From Pedobacter sp. (lineage in GTDB: Bacteria > Desulfobacterota > Desulfuromonadia > Desulfuromonadales > Syntrophotaleaceae): a stretch of 64,000 nucleotides of DNA. Positions within the stretch are counted from its first letter, which is position 1, and every line of letters starts with the position of its first letter. Below the pieces are notes generated by a model. It saw only the letters and a program-made list of their open reading frames with translations, made no database searches and had not been told where the DNA came from. The stretch spans positions 67,879-131,878 of the forward strand of contig JBFWJC010000007.1 in the NCBI GenBank assembly GCA_050253415.1, written 5' to 3'. Made by a program: the position numbers and the translations under genes. Shown here piece after piece: positions 1 to 10,070 of this stretch.

Positions 1-414
1 CTCGATCCTGCACTATCGATTGTCGTAGCTCTGTATATTTTTTACCAGGCGTTCGGTCTGTTTCGATATGGATTGCGGGACATCCTTGACGAGCGGTTGC
101 CTGAAACTATCCGCGAGGAAATAGCCACCATCCTCGAACAACATCGCGGCAAACTACTTGGCTACCACCGCCTGCGTACCCGAAGAGCCGGTTCACAAAA
201 GCTTATCGATTTTCACCTTACCCTGTGTAAATACCTGTCGGTCGAAGAGGCTCATGATATCGCCGATCACCTCGAAACACACATGAAGGAAAAGATCGGA
301 CGCGCCGATATCACCATCCATGTGGAACCCTGCCCGTTTGAAACCTGCCCGGGACGCCACAAATGTCCTGGTGATTTCCCCTTCAACAAAGAAACACCCA
401 AATCCACCCAATAA
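1..414 (+). CDS. Cation diffusion facilitator (FieF-like), 3' part; 5' end lies outside the window
   Basis: Open frame from base 1 (LDPALSIVVA...). C-terminal dimerisation-domain motifs HRLRTRRAG..IDFHL..SVEEAHDIAD..ITIHVEP. Confidence 0.85.
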   Translation, partial: LDPALSIVVALYIFYQAFGLFRYGLRDILDERLPETIREEIATILEQHRGKLLGYHRLRTRRAGSQKLIDFHLTLCKYLSVEEAHDIADHLETHMKEKIGRADITIHVEPCPFETCPGRHKCPGDFPFNKETPKSTQ

Positions 415-440
415 AAAAGAGGCGCTTAACAGCGCCTCTT
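413..440. terminator. Intrinsic terminator-like hairpin
   Basis: AAGAGGCGCT-TAAC-AGCGCCTCTT, preceded by an A-tract, right after the CDF stop codon. Confidence 0.7.
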
Positions 441-574
441 CGGTCTGCCCTGAAAACCCTTTTATGAATTATATTTTTTTGCAATGAATCACTGTTCCCC
501 GGTAAAATCCCGTAAGGATTTTGCCTTGCATATCTGAAAGGTACCTATCACTTCCTTTTATCATGTAAATTCCC

Positions 575-603
575 TTGCTATATCCGGAAAAACGGATTAA
601 GTT
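575..603 (+). promoter_or_regulatory. Sigma70-like promoter of arsR with overlapping palindromic operator
   Basis: TTGCTA (575-580), 17 bp, TAAGTT (598-603). ATCCG-N6-CGGAT palindrome at 582-597 in the spacer. Related site TTCCG-GATACA-TGGAT at 974-989. Confidence 0.55.
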
Positions 604-610
604 TTCAAGT

Positions 611-949
611 ATGAAAAAAGAAACAAATCTCTTCAAGGCATTAGCTCACCAGACACGTCTGCAGATCCTTTGCCTGCTGCTCGAGGGGGAAGTGTGTGTC
701 TGCAAAATCATGGCTATCCTTGAACTGCCGCAATCAACGGCGTCTCGCCATTTGGGCATCCTGAAAAACGCTCGACTGGTGGAAGATCGCCGCGACGGAA
801 CCTGGGCACACTATTCTCTTGCAAAGGGTCAAAACGTCCTAACCGACCAACTTCTGGAAGTGCTGCGGGAGCATCTGCCACACACCAAAGAGGGTATCAG
901 GGATCGCCAAAGGCTCTTGGCCATTTTGCAAAAACGAAATTGCGCCTGA
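611..949 (+). CDS. arsR: ArsR/SmtB family transcriptional repressor
   Basis: FKALAHQTRLQIL..EVCVCKI..PQSTASRHL..L..D.R.G.W..Y motif. ATG at 611 preferred over the TTG at 575. Confidence 0.9.
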   Translation: MKKETNLFKALAHQTRLQILCLLLEGEVCVCKIMAILELPQSTASRHLGILKNARLVEDRRDGTWAHYSLAKGQNVLTDQLLEVLREHLPHTKEGIRDRQRLLAILQKRNCA

Positions 950-1031
950 TTTTTTTATCGGATGCATCTGCAATTCCGGATACATGGATATACTTCAGGG
1001 GTGATCATTTCTTACCCCCAGGGAGAGATGT

Positions 1032-1235
1032 ATGGATAAAAAAACCTTGGAGTTGATCGCCATTGGGGCTTCGGTGGCTTCCGGCTGCATTCCCTGCCTG
1101 GAATACCACGTCAAAGCGGCAAGTGAGGCGGGGGCCAGTCATGCAGATTTGGCCACAGCGGTCAAAATAGGGAAAAAGGTTCGACAAGCGCCCATGGACA
1201 AAATGGATCAGAAATGTGAAGAGCTCGATATTTGA
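1032..1235 (+). CDS. Small carboxymuconolactone decarboxylase/AhpD-like protein
   Basis: ELIAIGASVASGCIPCLEYH..A..AG motif (CxxC), with an RBS upstream. Confidence 0.75.
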   Translation: MDKKTLELIAIGASVASGCIPCLEYHVKAASEAGASHADLATAVKIGKKVRQAPMDKMDQKCEELDI

Positions 1236-1398
1236 AAACTGTGTTCCCTGGTCCACAACAAAAATTCAGCTACCGTCGCATATTTTTAAATGGAGTGTCT
1301 GACTGACGAATCAGACCGGCGTCCTCATTCAAATTGCGTACTACTGACGATTCGACACCTATAAGCAAAGTGGATTCCAGGAAAAGGAAGGTGAAACG

Positions 1399-2796
1399 AT
1401 GGATCGACCGCATGACCAGAAAGAAAAGACACCGCAGGAAATTCTTCGGAACGTTATGCAATTGTGTGCCGACTGTGATACCTGTCGCACCATGATGGAG
1501 GAGGATTGCGCCTTTTTCATCGAACTCTATCGGCTTGTCGACCAGGAACAGGAAGAAGGCGTCCCGATCAGCGAATCGCAACTTCGCTATCTGACCGAAC
1601 TTTGCACCCTCTGCGGTTTGTGCCCTTGCCCGAAAGTTCCCATGGATGTGATGGAGGCCAAGGCCCGCTATATTGAGAAAGAAGGGATGCCCCTTGCGAC
1701 CCGCCTGCTCAACGATGTTCCGCGCATGGCCCGACTGTGCGGAACATTTCCCCGTCTGGTCAAGGCCATGCAGTCGAACAGTGTCCTCGGCCCGCTGCTG
1801 CGCAAAGCGACCCGTATCCATCCCGAACGGCAATTGCCCTCTTTTCCCAAACAAAATTTCTTCCAGTGGGCGTCACGTCAGGGCCTCGACCAACGCCAAG
1901 AAGGTGAAAATCAGGTTGCCTACTTCGCAGGCTGCACCGCTGGATACCTGTTCCCCCAGATCGGGCGAAGCGTGGTAGAGATTCTGCAGCACAATGGCGC
2001 ATCGGTTTACGTACCACCACAGCAGTGTTGCGGAATGCCTTATCTGGTGGAGGGTGACCGGGAACGTACCCTGCAATTGGCACAAACCAACATGCAACAT
2101 CTGCTCGAAACGGTTCGCGCCGGCGATGACCTTATCTATTCCTGCCCCACCTGTGGTTTTTTCCTGAAAAAACTGCTTAAGGACAGAGCTTATTATTCCG
2201 ACGCGTTCCAGAAGTCGGTCAACGCCGCAGAGGGTGAATTAAAGGTTCCCGCACCCGAAAAAGGCGAGAACCAATTCTGGCACCTTAAAAAATTAATGTA
2301 TCACGGCATCCTGAAAGACGATGGATACTTTGCTTCTATCGATCCCATGGACCGAATCCATCTATCTGATCATCTTTTCGATTTCGGTTTTTACCTTTCA
2401 CGCCTTCATGCACAAGGACAACTCGTTACCGACTTTAAGCCTGTACCTGAACGCATGGCCTATTTTGCCCCCTGCCACCTGCGAGAGCAAAAAATGGGAC
2501 GTCCTTATCTCGACCTGCTGAAGCTGATTCCAGGATTGGACATCGAATCGGTCGGCAGCGATTACGACTGTTGCGGAATGGGAGGAATCTTTGGATTCAA
2601 GGATCATTTTCACCAAAAGTCCATGGATCTGGGAGAGCCTCTGATGAAAAAGTTTCGTGCTTTTAACCCGCAGGCCATCGTCACCGACTGCATGAGTTGC
2701 CGCCTGCAGTTTAATCACTGCCTGCCCTATCCTGTTTATCATCCGGTTGAAGTGCTTGCCATGGCGTATAAGGGTGACGCATCCCAAAAAAAATAA
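1399..2796 (+). CDS. GlpC/HdrD-like Fe-S oxidoreductase with two CCG domains
   Basis: CxxCxxC motifs (CADCDTC, CTLCGLC). YFAGC, QCCG, SCPTC, PCH, CCGMGG and DCMSC motifs. Confidence 0.8.
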   Translation: MDRPHDQKEKTPQEILRNVMQLCADCDTCRTMMEEDCAFFIELYRLVDQEQEEGVPISESQLRYLTELCTLCGLCPCPKVPMDVMEAKARYIEKEGMPLATRLLNDVPRMARLCGTFPRLVKAMQSNSVLGPLLRKATRIHPERQLPSFPKQNFFQWASRQGLDQRQEGENQVAYFAGCTAGYLFPQIGRSVVEILQHNGASVYVPPQQCCGMPYLVEGDRERTLQLAQTNMQHLLETVRAGDDLIYSCPTCGFFLKKLLKDRAYYSDAFQKSVNAAEGELKVPAPEKGENQFWHLKKLMYHGILKDDGYFASIDPMDRIHLSDHLFDFGFYLSRLHAQGQLVTDFKPVPERMAYFAPCHLREQKMGRPYLDLLKLIPGLDIESVGSDYDCCGMGGIFGFKDHFHQKSMDLGEPLMKKFRAFNPQAIVTDCMSCRLQFNHCLPYPVYHPVEVLAMAYKGDASQKK

Positions 2797-2893
2797 TCGC
2801 CGGAAATGTAAAAGAAGACCGGGATGAACTGAAACTATCTGTTTTTCTCTAACAGAGCAGGTCCCGGTGTTAAAATTCGAAGGAGCACCACCC

Positions 2894-3955
2894 ATGGACA
2901 ACCAAACCTGCGCAACCCCGGAGTCAGAAAGCACTACCCGTAAAACTTTTATAGGCATCCGGTTCGGCCTGTTCCTGACCGCATGGTTCATGCTTTACCA
3001 GCAGCTGCTAACCCTGTCTCGGTTTATCACTTATGATCTCATACAGCTGAGAGCGGATTCACACCTTGGGTCAGCGGTGGAATTCTTCTTGTATGACACA
3101 CCCAAGGTATTAATGTTGCTGATACTTGTGGTGTTCGGGGTCGGTATCTTGCGCAGCTTTATTACTCCGGAGCTGACCCGTAAAATCCTTGCCGGGCGAC
3201 GGGAAACCACCGGCAATGTACTGGCCGCACTGCTCGGTGTGGTAACCCCCTTCTGTTCCTGCTCGGCGGTCCCCCTGTTTATCGGGTTCGTCACGGCCGG
3301 CATACCGTTGGGCGTAACCTTCTCTTTCCTCATCTCGGCCCCCATGGTCAATGAAATAGCCTTGGTTCTGCTGTTCGGAATGTTAGGTTGGAAAGTTGCC
3401 GCGCTCTATTTTATTACCGGAATTCTTATCGCCACTGTGGCCGGTTGGACTATCGGCCGCTTAAAACTCGAGAATCATGTGGAAGACTGGGTGAGGGAAA
3501 TGCAGGTCAACCAGGCAGCCATGCCTGACAACGCTCTGTCGTGGGAAGAACGTATCAGCTTCGGCATCGATGCGGTACGGGATATTGTCGGCAGGGTGTG
3601 GCTTTACGTCATCATCGGCATTCTGGTTGGAGCGGCCATACACGGATTCGTACCGGAGAATTTCATGGCCGGCATCATGGGCAAGAGCGCCTGGTGGTCG
3701 GTACCCGTCTCGGTGCTGATCGGCATCCCCATGTATACCAACGCCGCCGGCATGATCCCTGTGGTGGAGGCACTGCTTGGTAAAGGCGCCGCATTGGGCA
3801 CCGTACTGGCATTCATGATGAGCGTTATCGCTCTGTCCTTTCCGGAGATGGTCATTTTACGCAAAGTGCTCAAGCCGAAGCTCATTGCAACGTTTATCGC
3901 AGTGGTCGGAACAGGCATTCTGATTGTCGGCTACCTGTTCAATCTTGTCATTTAA
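2894..3955 (+). CDS. ArsP-like (DUF318) permease
   Basis: Multi-TM protein with TPFCSCSAVP, SAPMVNE, GIPMY and ALSFPE motifs. Confidence 0.85.
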   Translation: MDNQTCATPESESTTRKTFIGIRFGLFLTAWFMLYQQLLTLSRFITYDLIQLRADSHLGSAVEFFLYDTPKVLMLLILVVFGVGILRSFITPELTRKILAGRRETTGNVLAALLGVVTPFCSCSAVPLFIGFVTAGIPLGVTFSFLISAPMVNEIALVLLFGMLGWKVAALYFITGILIATVAGWTIGRLKLENHVEDWVREMQVNQAAMPDNALSWEERISFGIDAVRDIVGRVWLYVIIGILVGAAIHGFVPENFMAGIMGKSAWWSVPVSVLIGIPMYTNAAGMIPVVEALLGKGAALGTVLAFMMSVIALSFPEMVILRKVLKPKLIATFIAVVGTGILIVGYLFNLVI

Positions 3956-3967
3956 AGGAAAAAGGAG

Positions 3968-4207
3968 ATGGTCATGAAAATTCAGATTCTGGGTACCGGA
4001 TGCGCCAAATGCCAGAAACTGGCCAAGCACGCCGAAGCTGCCGCGCAGGAACTGCAACTGGATTATGAGCTGTCAAAGATCACCGATATCAAGCAGATAG
4101 CCGGCTTCGGGGTCATGATGACACCGGCTCTGGCCATAGACGGGCAAGTCAAACTGTCAGGGAAAGTCCCCTCGGTCGATGAGCTCAAACGCATATTGAC
4201 GGCCTGA
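3968..4207 (+). CDS. Small thioredoxin-like protein (MTH895/ArsE family)
   Basis: MKIQILGTGCAKC...GVMMTPALAIDG..GKVPS. Confidence 0.85.
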   Translation: MVMKIQILGTGCAKCQKLAKHAEAAAQELQLDYELSKITDIKQIAGFGVMMTPALAIDGQVKLSGKVPSVDELKRILTA

Positions 4208-4244
4208 ACTTTCGAATTTTATATTTTACCAACGAGGCTTTTTC

Positions 4245-4724
4245 ATGAAATTCACCGCCATTCTGAAAAAACATTGCCTTTGTTTCAGCGTTGCCGTACT
4301 TTTCGGATTGGGCATTCAGTCCATTGCCTGCGCCGCGCAGGCGGTACATACCAATGCCCCACAAGCTGCTACCCTTCCGCAGCAACGGATCAAAACCGTA
4401 GTCTACTACTTTCACGGCAACATGCGATGCTCTTCCTGCAAAAAAATCGAAGCCTACACCAGGGAGGCTATCCAATCCGGCTTTGCCGAAGCATTGAAGA
4501 ATGGCAACCTGGAATTGAAAGTGATCAACGTGGAAGAGTCCGGCAATGACCATTACGTAGAAGATTTCCAGCTGTATAGCCGTTCGGTGGTTCTGGAAAG
4601 GCGGTCGGGAAACAAGCAGCAAGAGTGGAAGAATCTCGATCAGGTCTGGAGTCTTATCCGCAACAAAACGGCCTTTATGCAGTATATCCAGGAACAAACC
4701 CTTGCCATGATAAAAGGGGGCTGA
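4245..4724 (+). CDS. Exported thioredoxin-fold protein (ArsF-like)
   Basis: Signal peptide, VYYFHGNMRCSSCKKIE, WKNLDQVW. Confidence 0.75.
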   Translation: MKFTAILKKHCLCFSVAVLFGLGIQSIACAAQAVHTNAPQAATLPQQRIKTVVYYFHGNMRCSSCKKIEAYTREAIQSGFAEALKNGNLELKVINVEESGNDHYVEDFQLYSRSVVLERRSGNKQQEWKNLDQVWSLIRNKTAFMQYIQEQTLAMIKGG

Positions 4725-4726
4725 GC

Positions 4727-5419
4727 ATGCACGAGTATGGCATTGCCATCGCCTCGGCCTTCTGGTTTGGCGTGCTAACCTCCATCAGCCCCTGTCCTCT
4801 GGCCACCAACATCGTTGCCATCTCTTTCGTCGGGCGACGTGTGGACAACCCACGGCAGGTTTTTTCCGCAGGACTGCTCTACACATCAGGCCGCAGCCTG
4901 GCCTATCTGGCACTGGGTTGTCTACTGGTGTCAAGCGTGCTTTCCGCCCCCTTCTTAGCCCATGCCCTGCAGAAATATATGAATCGCGCCCTGGGTCCGA
5001 TTCTTATTCTGGTGGGACTGATCTTATTGGGAGTTGTCTCTTTCAGTTTTCCCGTTACCGGTTTTGGCGACAGGCTTCTAAAACGGGCCGAAGCAATGGG
5101 CGTCTGGGGGGCTGGTCTTCTTGGAATTCTGTTCGCCCTGTCCTTCTGTCCAACTTCGGCAGCGCTGTTTTTCGGAAGTCTTCTACCCTTGGCTCTACAT
5201 CAAAAATCCGGGCTGTTACTGCCGGGGGTTTACGGAATCGCCACCGGCCTGCCCGTACTGTTCTTCGCAGTATTGATTGCCCTGGGTGCCAACAGGGTCG
5301 GTATGGCCTTCAATCGCATTCAGGTGTTTGAACGCTGGGCAAGACGGGTTACCGGTACATTGTTCATATTGATAGGTGGGTATTATTGTCTGGCTACTTT
5401 CTGGGGTATTTCATTATGA
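4727..5419 (+). CDS. CcdA/DsbD-like membrane protein (ArsG-like aromatic arsenical permease)
   Basis: TSISPCPLATNI and ALSFCPTSAALFFG motifs. ATG at 4727 directly after the upstream stop codon. Confidence 0.8.
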   Translation: MHEYGIAIASAFWFGVLTSISPCPLATNIVAISFVGRRVDNPRQVFSAGLLYTSGRSLAYLALGCLLVSSVLSAPFLAHALQKYMNRALGPILILVGLILLGVVSFSFPVTGFGDRLLKRAEAMGVWGAGLLGILFALSFCPTSAALFFGSLLPLALHQKSGLLLPGVYGIATGLPVLFFAVLIALGANRVGMAFNRIQVFERWARRVTGTLFILIGGYYCLATFWGISL

Positions 5420-5502
5420 CTTTTCCAAAAGAATAAAAGACATTCGACCGGGAAAAGTTCCTGACTGTTTGTGCCTTGGTTTCTGCTCTAACCACATTCT
5501 GA

Positions 5503-5745
5503 TCACGTCCCCTTCCATACGATTTTTTTTCTGGATACAATCAATCCGCATCGGTTACAGAAAAACCCACTCACGCATTTTCCGCACACCTGCAATGCAT
5601 TCCCGCACTTGGGGCAATAAGGCTCCATATCAAATTCGTCAAAGAGGGTGTATCCGTCACAGTCCTTACAGAAAAACCGGGGACCTTCCGGGGTTAACTC
5701 CTTGATCATTTCAAAACCGCAATTCCGACACAGTCTTCGGATCAT
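5503..5745 (-). CDS. Small multi-CxxC (zinc-ribbon type) protein
   Basis: Five CxxC pairs in 80 aa. Strong RBS GGGGAGGT. Confidence 0.6.
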   Translation of the reverse strand: MIRRLCRNCGFEMIKELTPEGPRFFCKDCDGYTLFDEFDMEPYCPKCGNALQVCGKCVSGFFCNRCGLIVSRKKIVWKGT

Positions 5746-6108
5746 GAGTACCTCCCCTAATTGTTCGCAGTATTTCGGTCATCCTCCAAACGTTGGATCA
5801 CTACCGCGTACCGTCCCTCCCTTCTTACATTCTTGCCTCGTCAGGAAATTTTGCAAGGATATAAATACCAGGTTTAGCGCAGCCATTTTCCATGCGGACT
5901 GGATTAACATTTAAATGAAACGCGCGAAATGAGCATTTTAGACAAAAAAAAATCCCGCTCCATTTTGAGACGAAGGGGATTGCGGAACATTTATGGCGCT
6001 TTCGACACCCATAACTAAAAAGCTTCATAACGCTTTTTTTTAAATAATCATCAATCGTTGATCACTGGCTTATCCAAATGACGAATAACAAGGGACAAAT
6101 GACGATTT

Positions 6109-7200
6109 TCATCGCCCCAACATAATACCGAGCTGTTCTGCAGTCCACACCAGGTTACCGGCAGGATCAACCAGATTCTGTCCATTTACAGCATGGTCAA
6201 TGGGGACGGAAACGACATTGCGACCATGTAGCGCGACCATGTGGCCATACTCCTCCCTCTCAATGAGTTCCACAGCACGCACTCCGAAGCGGCTGGCCAA
6301 AATACGGTCAAACGGTGATGGCGTACCGCCTCGCTGGGTATGCCCCAACACGACAACCCGGGTCTCCAGGCCCTTGCGCCGTTCGATCTCACCTGCCACA
6401 TAATGGCCAATGCCGCCAAGACGCTCAAGGCCATGAGTTTGTTCGGCCGAGGCCTGAACAACCTTGCGGCCACCAACCGGAAAAGCACCTTCCGCTACAA
6501 CAATGATGGAAAAACGGCTCCCTTGCTCGCGTCGTTGCATGATGTGGTCACATACCAGATCCAGGTCGAAAGGAATTTCCGGCAACAGTATCACCTCTGC
6601 GGACCCGGCAATCCCCGATTCGAGGGCGATCCAGCCGGCATCCCTCCCCATAACCTCCACCACCATAACGCGATGATGGCTTTCCGCTGTGGTCTGCAAC
6701 CGATCGAGAGCTTCGGTAACGATGCCGACAGCAGTATTGTAGCCAAAAGTAACGTCCGTTTCCTGCAGATCGTTATCGATGGTTTTGGGCACCCCAATCA
6801 CAGGCATCCCCAAATGACTCATCCGCTGGGCGATCTTAAGGGTTCCGTCGCCACCGACCGCAACAAGAGCCTCGGCACCGAGACGACGAAAATTATCCAC
6901 CACCCGTTGCGACACATCTGACAAAACCATCGTCCCATCAGCCTGGGTCACCGGATACCGAAAGGGATTCCCCCGGTTACTGGTTCCCAGAATCGTACCG
7001 CCGAGCGGCAGGATGCCGCGTACCGACTTAAGATCGAGTTCGCGACAGCGTGGGCCATCAGCCAAGCCGTCAAACCCGTCTTCAATTCCCAATACACGCC
7101 AACCACGCTGCAATACGGCAGCACGCACCACGCCACGGATAACACCATTCAGGCCAGGGCAATCTCCTCCACCATTCAGTATCGCAATGCATCGACTCAT
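6109..7200 (-). CDS. pfkA: 6-phosphofructokinase
   Basis: GGGDCPGLN, GGTILGTS, GGDGT, PKTIDND, EVMGR and LGHTQRGG motifs. Confidence 0.95.
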   Translation of the reverse strand: MSRCIAILNGGGDCPGLNGVIRGVVRAAVLQRGWRVLGIEDGFDGLADGPRCRELDLKSVRGILPLGGTILGTSNRGNPFRYPVTQADGTMVLSDVSQRVVDNFRRLGAEALVAVGGDGTLKIAQRMSHLGMPVIGVPKTIDNDLQETDVTFGYNTAVGIVTEALDRLQTTAESHHRVMVVEVMGRDAGWIALESGIAGSAEVILLPEIPFDLDLVCDHIMQRREQGSRFSIIVVAEGAFPVGGRKVVQASAEQTHGLERLGGIGHYVAGEIERRKGLETRVVVLGHTQRGGTPSPFDRILASRFGVRAVELIEREEYGHMVALHGRNVVSVPIDHAVNGQNLVDPAGNLVWTAEQLGIMLGR

Positions 7201-7371
7201 AAAGTTAATTCCCATCAGGATGAGTGCTAAAAGTGATATCGGAGAGATACGTCAACATCGATCTCTAAACGTCAAGAAAGCTGAATCGATAAAAAAACCA
7301 CCAATAAACAGGTAAGCCCATATCTGCAGCCCCTATGTGATCAGAGATAAATCAAAGGCCTTTTTTTAACG

Positions 7372-8334
7372 TCATGCGGGCTCTATAAACATCTCGCGTA
7401 CAGCATGAGCGGCACCAAGTATCCCGGCCCTGTCCCCCAGAGCGGCCGGCACCAATTTCATCCGGCGAGCAGGCACCGCAAAAGCACGCTTATCAATCTC
7501 TTCACGAAGAGACGGCATGATCAGCTCAAGATTTGCGCTAACGCCCCCACCGATGACAGCCCCCTCAAGATTAAGCAGGTTTGCTATGCCGGCAAGGACC
7601 TGACCGAGATAGCGTCCGGCAGACGCATAAGCGCCCAGTGCGGCAGGATGGCCATTCAGAGCAGCAACCGCCACCTCTTCAGCGGTACGGGGCTTATTCG
7701 AAGCATAGCTACTCTGCTCATTGTACTGGTCCCACAGCTCCAGACATGTCCTGACCAACGCCGGACCGGAAGCATACTGTTCCAAACATCCATAGGCACC
7801 ACAACCACAAAGACGACCTACCGGCTCAACAGCAATATGTCCCAACTCACCTGCAGCACCATCAGCTCCACTCCAGATCTGACGATTAATAATCAAACCT
7901 CCACCAACACCGGTACCCAGGGTAACCATGACGAAACTGGAGAATTCCAGGCCGGCACCCCACCGGGCTTCCCCCAAGGCTATGGCATTGGCATCATTAA
8001 CAACCCGAACAGGCAACTGCAACTGACTGACAAGCCGATCCGCCAGGGCGAAACCATTTAATGGCGGAAGATTCGGTGACACACGCACAAAACCTTCCTT
8101 TGCCACAATTCCGGGGAAACCAAGCCCCAGTCCTTTAAGATCATAGCCCTGTTGTATGCCTTCATCTATCAATGCCCGGCAAAAACAGAGAAACCGCATC
8201 CAGAAGCTATCGAAACCCGCATCGATCTCGGTTTTGATGCTACGCTGAAAAAAAAGCTGCCCATCATCACCCACCAAGGCTCCCCGGCAATTGGTCCCAC
8301 CCAGGTCTATTCCGATAACGGCTGGACGTTTCAT
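7372..8334 (-). CDS. glk: ROK family sugar kinase (glucokinase)
   Basis: GIDLGGT, NDANAIALGE, TLGTGVGGG, GELGH, CGCG..GCLE. Confidence 0.9.
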   Translation of the reverse strand: MKRPAVIGIDLGGTNCRGALVGDDGQLFFQRSIKTEIDAGFDSFWMRFLCFCRALIDEGIQQGYDLKGLGLGFPGIVAKEGFVRVSPNLPPLNGFALADRLVSQLQLPVRVVNDANAIALGEARWGAGLEFSSFVMVTLGTGVGGGLIINRQIWSGADGAAGELGHIAVEPVGRLCGCGAYGCLEQYASGPALVRTCLELWDQYNEQSSYASNKPRTAEEVAVAALNGHPAALGAYASAGRYLGQVLAGIANLLNLEGAVIGGGVSANLELIMPSLREEIDKRAFAVPARRMKLVPAALGDRAGILGAAHAVREMFIEPA

Positions 8335-8741
8335 GGCGTTTTCGCGTATTCCGTAGCGATGGCAAGGGTTTTGAACTGTGCCGCTTTGGCCATATCCATC
8401 AGACGCACCACCTCACCGTGGCGGGCATCACGATCAGCCAGCAACACAAAGGTCATTTGCCTGGCTTCGGATCCATAGGCGCGCAGACGATATTCAAGTT
8501 CCTCGCGGGTGACCTTATCCTTACCGATGGATATTTCACCGGTTTTCGACAAATAAACTTTTATTTCCTGCACTTCAGGCTTTGACGCCTGCGAAGAAGA
8601 TTCGGGTAATTTAACATCGATGCCGGGCGCTTCGACAAAGGTGGTGGAAATCATGAAAAAAATCAGCAGGAGAAAAACCACATCGACCATAGAAGTCAGG
8701 TCAACCCGTGGTTCTTCGCGTTTTTTACGCAAAAAGGCCAT
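8331..8741 (-). CDS. exbD: ExbD/TolR biopolymer transport protein
   Basis: DLTSMVDVVFLLLIFFM motif. Confidence 0.9.
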   Translation of the reverse strand: MAFLRKKREEPRVDLTSMVDVVFLLLIFFMISTTFVEAPGIDVKLPESSSQASKPEVQEIKVYLSKTGEISIGKDKVTREELEYRLRAYGSEARQMTFVLLADRDARHGEVVRLMDMAKAAQFKTLAIATEYAKTP

Positions 8742-8744
8742 GGA

Positions 8745-9344
8745 TTATTCCCCCAGAAGATCGACAAGATGCAGGGAGCTTTCCTCCATTTTGAGCACCA
8801 TGTGATCAAGCCGACTGGTCAGGTACTTATGAAGAAGAATGGTCGGAATCGCTACGGACAAACCGGCGGCCGTGGTAATCAAGGCTTCGGAAATACCGCC
8901 ACCAAGCGTTTCCGGCGTTCCCGTTCCTGCGGTGGCGATAACAGTAAAGGCCCGAATCATACCAAGTACGGTTCCAAGCAACCCGAGCAATGGCGAAATA
9001 GTAGCCATAGTGCCAAGCAACCCAAGGAAACGTTCCAAGGGAGCGGCCTCCCGGCTACCTGTTTCTTCAACAACGGTTTTGATCTGATCGCGCGAGCGGC
9101 CGTGAGCGCGCAAAGCCGACAGTAATATGCGCGACAGGGGAGTATCGCTTCGCTGGCAAACAACTATCGCCTCTTCGATGCGACCTTTCATGACCAGTTG
9201 TTCAACCTCGCGGACCAGCTCATCACGACCCCGTCCTACGCGAAAAAAAGTCCATAAACGTTCGAAAAAGATGGCCATCGCCATAATCGAACAAAGAAGA
9301 ATGGGATACATGAGGGGGCCACCCTTTTGAAAAATCTCCAGCAT
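8745..9344 (-). CDS. exbB: MotA/TolQ/ExbB proton channel protein
   Basis: SPLLGLLGTVLGMI and GGISEALITTAAGL motifs. Confidence 0.9.
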   Translation of the reverse strand: MLEIFQKGGPLMYPILLCSIMAMAIFFERLWTFFRVGRGRDELVREVEQLVMKGRIEEAIVVCQRSDTPLSRILLSALRAHGRSRDQIKTVVEETGSREAAPLERFLGLLGTMATISPLLGLLGTVLGMIRAFTVIATAGTGTPETLGGGISEALITTAAGLSVAIPTILLHKYLTSRLDHMVLKMEESSLHLVDLLGE

Positions 9345-9557
9345 GGTTGACGCGTTCCTTTCAGAATAAAAATAAAGCACGTAAAGTAAGCTAACTAGCA
9401 GAAAGGTACATTTACCGCTGAGTCCGCAAAGAAAACCTATTGCGTTGAACAGGCCTTACGTTGTGATCTGAGGAGTGAGTGCTTAATACCTGCAAAGCGG
9501 CTAAAATACTTAACAAGCCACATGAAGTAGAATTACCCATCCTACTGAATCAATGAC

Positions 9558-10061
9558 CTATTCTTCCAAATTTACTGAATTAAAACCGTCAAGCAGAATC
9601 CCGTAAGTTTCTTCCAGGTGCTGCGGTATGACTCGCACATCGGCGAAGACCGGCATAAAATTGGTGTCGCCGGTCCAGCGCGGCACAATATGCATATGCA
9701 GATGGTCGGCAAGGCCGGCACCGGCAATCTTGCCAAGGTTGATCCCAACATTAAATCCCTGAGGCTTCAGACATTCCTGCATGACAATGCGACACTTTCG
9801 CAACAACTGGAACATTTCGGCCTGCTCCTCCGGTTCCAGGTCAAGAATATCAGGGATATGCCGATAGGGAGCGATAAGCAGATGACCATTTGTGTATGGA
9901 TATTTATTCATAACCACGAAGGCATGCTGGCCGCGCCAAAGGATCAATCTCTGAGCATCCTGGCCCTCGATATCGCGCACACAGAAGACACAACAGTCTG
10001 TGGCCTGCTTATCCTTGCATTCAAGATAGGTCATGCGCCAGGGCGCCCAGAGATGCTTCAT
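9558..10061 (-). CDS. HIT family hydrolase (Ap4A phosphorylase-like)
   Basis: LWAPWRM.Y, CVFC, NKYPY..GH, HLHMHIVPRW. Confidence 0.9.
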   Translation of the reverse strand: MKHLWAPWRMTYLECKDKQATDCCVFCVRDIEGQDAQRLILWRGQHAFVVMNKYPYTNGHLLIAPYRHIPDILDLEPEEQAEMFQLLRKCRIVMQECLKPQGFNVGINLGKIAGAGLADHLHMHIVPRWTGDTNFMPVFADVRVIPQHLEETYGILLDGFNSVNLEE

Positions 10062-10070
10062 AGTTACCCC

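Noticed and set aside
1233..1270. Selenocysteine read-through of the CMD gene TGA
   Set aside because: The CxxC is already intact and no convincing SECIS hairpin follows the TGA.
1296..1355. Additional hammerheads at other CTGANGA matches
   Set aside because: No correctly placed GAAA, stems or NUH site around these or the matches inside coding regions.
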